Below are positions 62,779 through 64,000 of a DNA stretch of 64,000 nucleotides, piece after piece. Source of the stretch: Squalus acanthias. Its lineage: Eukaryota. The position numbers were made by a program, and so were the translations under genes. The stretch's first letter is position 1. Every line of letters begins with the position of its first letter. Where the stretch lies: the NCBI GenBank assembly GCA_030390025.1, contig CM059433.1, positions 23,190,001 to 23,254,000 of the forward strand, given 5' to 3'. The notes beneath the pieces were generated by a model. The model worked only from the letters and a program-made list of their open reading frames with translations, was not told the origin of the DNA and did no database searches.

Positions 62779-63197
62779 ACTCCTGCTTGCTTCTTGAGGA
62801 CTGCACTCTGCAAATTCTAGTCTGTGGCTGCTGTGTAACCACAGCTCCCAATAACTTTGTAAAACGTGTGTGGCTTGCAGTTGCTTTTAGATGAAAATGC
62901 TGGAATCCCGTGTGGAATTCGATAGCTTGATGTGTATTCTGAAATAATAAAAAAAGCCATTCCATATTACTTTTCATACCCATTCCCCCGAGTAGATCTT
63001 TGATCTATTGAAATGTATCAGTGCGAGATTATCAGGATTTTTAATATATTTTGCAAACCAGTTTGATATCATTAATAGGCAAAATTTGGTTGTTTAATGT
63101 TCTTTTCTGACAAGGGCGGTATGAGGATGGTGCAAGTCACACAATTGCACAAGATCCTGAGCCAGTCAAGGGCTCCAAGTGGATCCTGTGAAAGGAC

Positions 63198-63955
63198 ACA
63201 ACAACAGCAACAGCGTGCATTTATATAGCACCTTTAACGTAGTAAAACATCCCAAGGTGCTTCACTGGAGCGTTAGCAAACAAAATATGACCTCGAGCCA
63301 CATGAGGAGATAAATGGGCAGATGGCCAAAAGCTTGGTCAAAGAGGTAGGTTTTAAAGGAGAAGAGAGGGGTAGAGAGGCAGAGAGGTTTAGGGAGGGAA
63401 TTCCAGAGCTGAGGGCCTCGACAGCTGAAGGCACAGCCACCAGTGGTGGAGCAATAAAAATCGGGGATGCACAAGAGACCAGAAGTAGAGGAGCACAGAG
63501 ATCTCAGAGGTTTGTAGGAGGTTACACAGATAGGGAGGGGTGAGGCCCTGGAGCGATTTGAAAACAAGGATGAGATTTTTAAAATCGAAGCAGTGCTGGA
63601 CCGGGAATCAGTGTAGGCCATCGAGCACGGGGGTGATGGATGAACAGGATTTTGTGCAAATTAGGATACGGGCATCATTTTGGATGAGCTCAAGTTTACA
63701 AAGGGAACAAGGTGGGAGGTCATTGGAATAGTCAAGTCTAGTGGAAAGAAAGGCACGGATGAGGGTTGCAGCAGCAGATGAGCTGAGGCAAGGGCAAAGA
63801 CGGGCGATGTTATGGAGGTGGAAATAGGCGGTCTTGGTGAAGAGGATATGGGGGCAGAAGCTCAGCTCAGGGTCAAAGAGAACGCCAAGGTTGCAAACTG
63901 TCAGGATCAGCCTCAGAGAGTGGCCGGGGGAGGCGATGGAGTCGGTGGCTATACA
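63198..63955 (-). mobile_element. L2 LINE 3' portion
   Basis: GGCAFSCRGPQLWNSLP..FKTYLFDQAF; homologous to 30338-31140. Confidence 0.9.
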
Positions 63956-64000
63956 ATGGTAATAGTTGATCCCTGATCACTTGGTCAACTATTTTTATAT

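Overview
Vertebrate, very probably shark/ray (elasmobranch), intergenic or intronic DNA. The taxon is inferred from HE1-type V-SINEs and SacSINE1-type Deu-SINEs. I can support no intact host gene, tRNA/rRNA gene or CRISPR array. The window is a densely nested set of transposons: CR1 LINE fragments plus one near full-length CR1 (ZF + SGNH-esterase ORF1, APE/RT ORF2), L2 fragments, a Zenon/T1-like CR1-group LINE, a Vingi/Ingi-like fragment, three SINE families, a 1.57 kb 21-bp minisatellite, a putative 1.7 kb solo LTR, and many PIF/Harbinger-type elements (MITEs, decayed transposase and three-exon Myb/SANT-like genes). The most striking structure comes from two Penelope-like retroelement families with minimal hammerhead ribozyme motifs. 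They occur as a 1.35 kb near-perfect palindrome and as four short fold-back insertions whose turn-around points all fall at or beside the ribozyme motif. A 130-nt tRNA-like multi-helix fold sits at one end of the putative LTR. Family names come from recognition of sequence and motifs, not from database searches, and most element boundaries are approximate.
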